A stretch of DNA of 34,715 bases from NCBI RefSeq assembly GCF_006345805.1, contig NW_021831908.1, positions 1 to 34,715 of the forward strand. Direction: 5' to 3'. This DNA is from Octopus sinensis (lineage: Eukaryota). Below, one piece after another: positions 31,915 through 34,715 of this stretch (positions are counted from its first letter, which is position 1; each line of letters opens with the position of its first letter). Under the pieces are notes generated by a model, which worked only from the letters and a program-made list of their open reading frames with translations, made no database searches and was not told where the DNA came from. Made by a program: the position numbers and the translations under genes.

Positions 31915-33900
31915 CTTGCTGCCACGCTCTGGGGTTCGATGAGAACCAGCTAGCCAACCTGTTTCAAAAAACCTGCAGATCAGGGTGTCTGGATAATTAC
32001 CAAAGATCCCTGACCTGGCGATGTTACAGGGATGCGTTACCTGTCCGCGATAAATTGTCCAGGCACGGAATATCAGTGCCACCGGCATGCCCAAGGTGCG
32101 GGCAGGACAAGGAAATTGTCCTGCACGCTCTTGTACAATGTCCGGAGCTTTCGGGCTTGATAATTTACGTAGAACACGTGTTGTCGCACCTGGGAAGAGT
32201 ACAGCTATCAGTTGAGTCTGTGACAAAGATTGTACCGCCAACCGAACTATCAAAGGAAGGTGAGGCATGTTTTCTGAGTACGGTCGCAGTAACGAAAGGG
32301 TATGCATGGAGAACAAGAGTGCAAGGAATCGTGACAGGATCCTTCTACGGTTGCAGTAATGAAAGAGTGTACATGGAGAACAAGAGTGCAAGGAATCGTG
32401 ACAGGATCCTTCTACGGTTGCAGTAATGAAAGAGAGTGTACATGGAGAACAAGAGTGCAAGGAATCGTGACAGGATCCTTCTACGTTGCAGTAATGAAAG
32501 AGTGTACATGGAGAACAAGAATGCAAGGAATCGTGACAGGATCCTTCTACGGTTGCAGTAATGAAAGAGTGTACATGGAGAACAAGAGTGCAAGGAATCG
32601 TGACAGGATCCTTCTACGGTTGCAGTAATGTAATGAAGAGTGTACATGGAGAACAAGAGTGCAAGGAATCGTGACAGGATCCTTCTACGGTTGCAGTAAT
32701 GAAAGAGTGTACATGGAGAACAAGAGTGCAAGGAATCGTGACAGGATCCTTCTACGGTTGCAGTAATGAAAGAGTGTACATGGAGAACAAGAGTGCAAGG
32801 AATCGTGACAGGATCCTTCTACGGTTGCAGTAATGAAAGAGTGTACATGGAGAACAAGAGTGCAAGGAATCGTGACAGGATCCTTCTACGGTCGCAGTAA
32901 TGAAAGAGTGTACATGGAGAACAAGAGTGCAAGGAATCGTGACAGGATCCTTCTACGGTCGCAGTAATGAAAGAGTGTACATGGAGAACAAGAGTGCAAG
33001 GAATCGTGACAGGATCCTTCTACGGTTGCAGTAATGAAAGAGGTACATGGAGAACAAGAGTGCAAGGAATCGTGACAGGATCTTCTACGGTTGCAGTAGT
33101 AATGAAAGAGTGTACATGGAGAACAAGAGTGCAAGGAATCGTGACAGGATCCTTCTACGGTTGCAGTAATGAAAGAGTGTACATGGAGAACAAGAATGCA
33201 AGGAATCGTGACAGGATCCTTCTACGGTTGCAGTAATGAAAGAGTGTACATGGAGAACAAGAATGCAAGGAATCGTGACAGGATCCTTCTACGGTTGCAG
33301 TAATGAAAGAGTGTACATGGAGAACAAGAATGCAAGGAATCGTGACAGGATCCTTCTACGGTTGCAGTAATGAAAGAGTGTACATGGAGAACAAGAGTGC
33401 AAGGAATCGTGACAGGATCCTTCTACGGTGCAGTAATGAAAGAGTGTACATGGAGAACAAGAATGCAAGAATCGTGACAGGATCCTTCTACGGTTGCAGT
33501 AATGAAAGAGTGTACATGGAGAACAAGAGTGCAAGAATCGTGACAGGATCCTTCTACGGTTGCAGTAATGAAAGAGTGTACATGGAGAAAAAGAGTGCAA
33601 GAATCGTGACAGGATCCTTCTACGGTTGCAGTAATGAAGAGTGTACATGGAGAACAAGAATGCAAGGAATCGTGACAGGATCCTTCTACGGTCGCAGTAA
33701 TGAAAGAGTGTACATGGAGAACAAGAGTGCAAGGAATCGTGACAGGATCCTTCATCTCCGGCCCTGGTTTGCTATACTACTTCAGGTACCACCTGAAGAG
33801 CAAGATAGGGCTGGAGAGGAGACACCTGTCGCAAAGTATATGAGAAAAGATGGAAGGATGTCGTGAGGAAGTTGGGAATGACTGTCCCTACTTAATCCCA
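31915..33900 (+). mobile_element. L1/Tx1-like LINE ORF2 3' end (CCHC zf-RVT), interrupted by a minisatellite
   Basis: GCLDNYQRSLTWRCYRDALPVRDKL...CPRCGQDKEIVLHALVQC...AWRTRVQGIVTGSF; after the array resumes ISGPGLLYYFRYHLKSKIGLERR...KRWKDVVRKLGM. Confidence 0.85.
32279..33753 (+). repeat. Minisatellite, 22 tandem copies of a 67-bp unit derived from ORF2
   Basis: Unit TACGGTTGCAGTAATGAAAGAGTGTACATGGAGAACAAGAGTGCAAGGAATCGTGACAGGATCCTTC; 22 GGATC(C) sites counted; 1475/67 = 22.0. Confidence 0.97.
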
Positions 33901-34029
33901 CCCATGGTAAAATCAAGGTGTAGTCGCTAGCATTCCGGCCATATTTTGTGAAAAAAAACAATTTTGAAAATTTTTAATTTATACTTAGATGATTCATCAA
34001 TTTTTAAATATATATTTAATGTGGAAGTC

Positions 34030-34199
34030 ATAGGTGCCGGAGTGGCTGTGTGGTAAGTAGCTTGCTAACCAGCCAGATGGTTCCGGGTTCAGTCCCACTG
34101 CGTGGCATCTTGGGCAAGTGTCTTCTGCTATAGCCCCGGGCCGACCAATGCCTTGTGAGTGGATTTGGTAGACGGAAACTGAAAGAAGCCTGTCGTATT

Positions 34200-34241
<42 letters not shown>

Positions 34242-34478
34242 TGAATGTGTTTGTGTTTGTGTGTGTGTGTGTTTGTCCCCCTAGCATTGCTTGACAACCG
34301 ATGCTGGTGTGTTTACGTCCCCGTCACTTAGCGGTTCGGCAAAAGAGACCGATAGTATAAGTACTGGGCTTACAAAGAATAAGTCCTGGGGTCGATTTGC
34401 TCGACTAAAAAGGCGGTGCCCCAGCATGGCCGCAGTCAAATGACTGAAACAAGTAAAAGAGTAAAAAAGTAAGAGTAT
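34030..34478 (+). mobile_element. SINE-B, full length
   Basis: Same head, internal microsatellite and tail as the other copies. Confidence 0.9.
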
Positions 34479-34479
34479 A

Positions 34480-34700
34480 TTTCTTTATTGCCCACAAGGA
34501 GGCTAAACATAGAGGTGACAAACAAGGACAGACAAACGAATTAAGTCGATTACATCGACCCCAATACGAAACTGGTACTTTATTTATCGATCCCGAAAGG
34601 ATGAAAGGCAAAGTCGACCTCGGCGGAATTTGAACTCAGAACGTAACGGCAGACGAAATACGGCTACACATTTCGCCCGGCGTGCTAACGTTTCTGCCAA
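34480..34700 (-). mobile_element. SINE-A monomer, tail-to-tail with SINE-B
   Basis: ATTTCTTTATTGCCCACAAGG...CGACCTCGGCGGAATTTGAACTC...CGTGCTAACGTTTCTGCC. Confidence 0.9.
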
Positions 34701-34715
34701 CACATTTATATGTTT

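Noticed and set aside
32279-33753. CRISPR-like array or repeat-protein gene
   Set aside because: No unique spacers, the 67-bp unit is not a multiple of 3, and the sequence is continuous with LINE ORF2.

Overview
AT-rich, microsatellite-saturated eukaryotic DNA. It resembles cephalopod (Octopus-like) intronic or intergenic sequence; this is inferred from the repeat families, not proven. No complete host gene, rRNA, true tRNA or CRISPR array is visible, and most ORFs in the track are translated microsatellites. The window is a mosaic of mobile elements: three R4/Dong-type RLE LINE ends in (TAA)n tracts, two tandem CR1/L2-type LINEs, RTE, HERO-like, L1/Tx1-like and Gypsy-gag relics, three tRNA-derived SINE families, a 1263-bp Tc1 element with DD36E spacing, a non-autonomous Helitron, two MITEs and a foldback-like element. 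Highlights: a 22 x 67-bp minisatellite born inside an L1/Tx1 ORF2; a SINE that multimerises at one fixed internal motif; a covarying 3' stem-loop shared by a SINE and the CR1/L2 LINEs; an Incomer-like transposon; a GG-terminated MITE with an 8-bp TSD carrying telomeric repeats; and a degenerate minimal hammerhead motif. Two weak candidate host exons are noted. SINE family labels A/B/C are mine. Element boundaries were read by eye and are approximate unless TIRs or TSDs are quoted.
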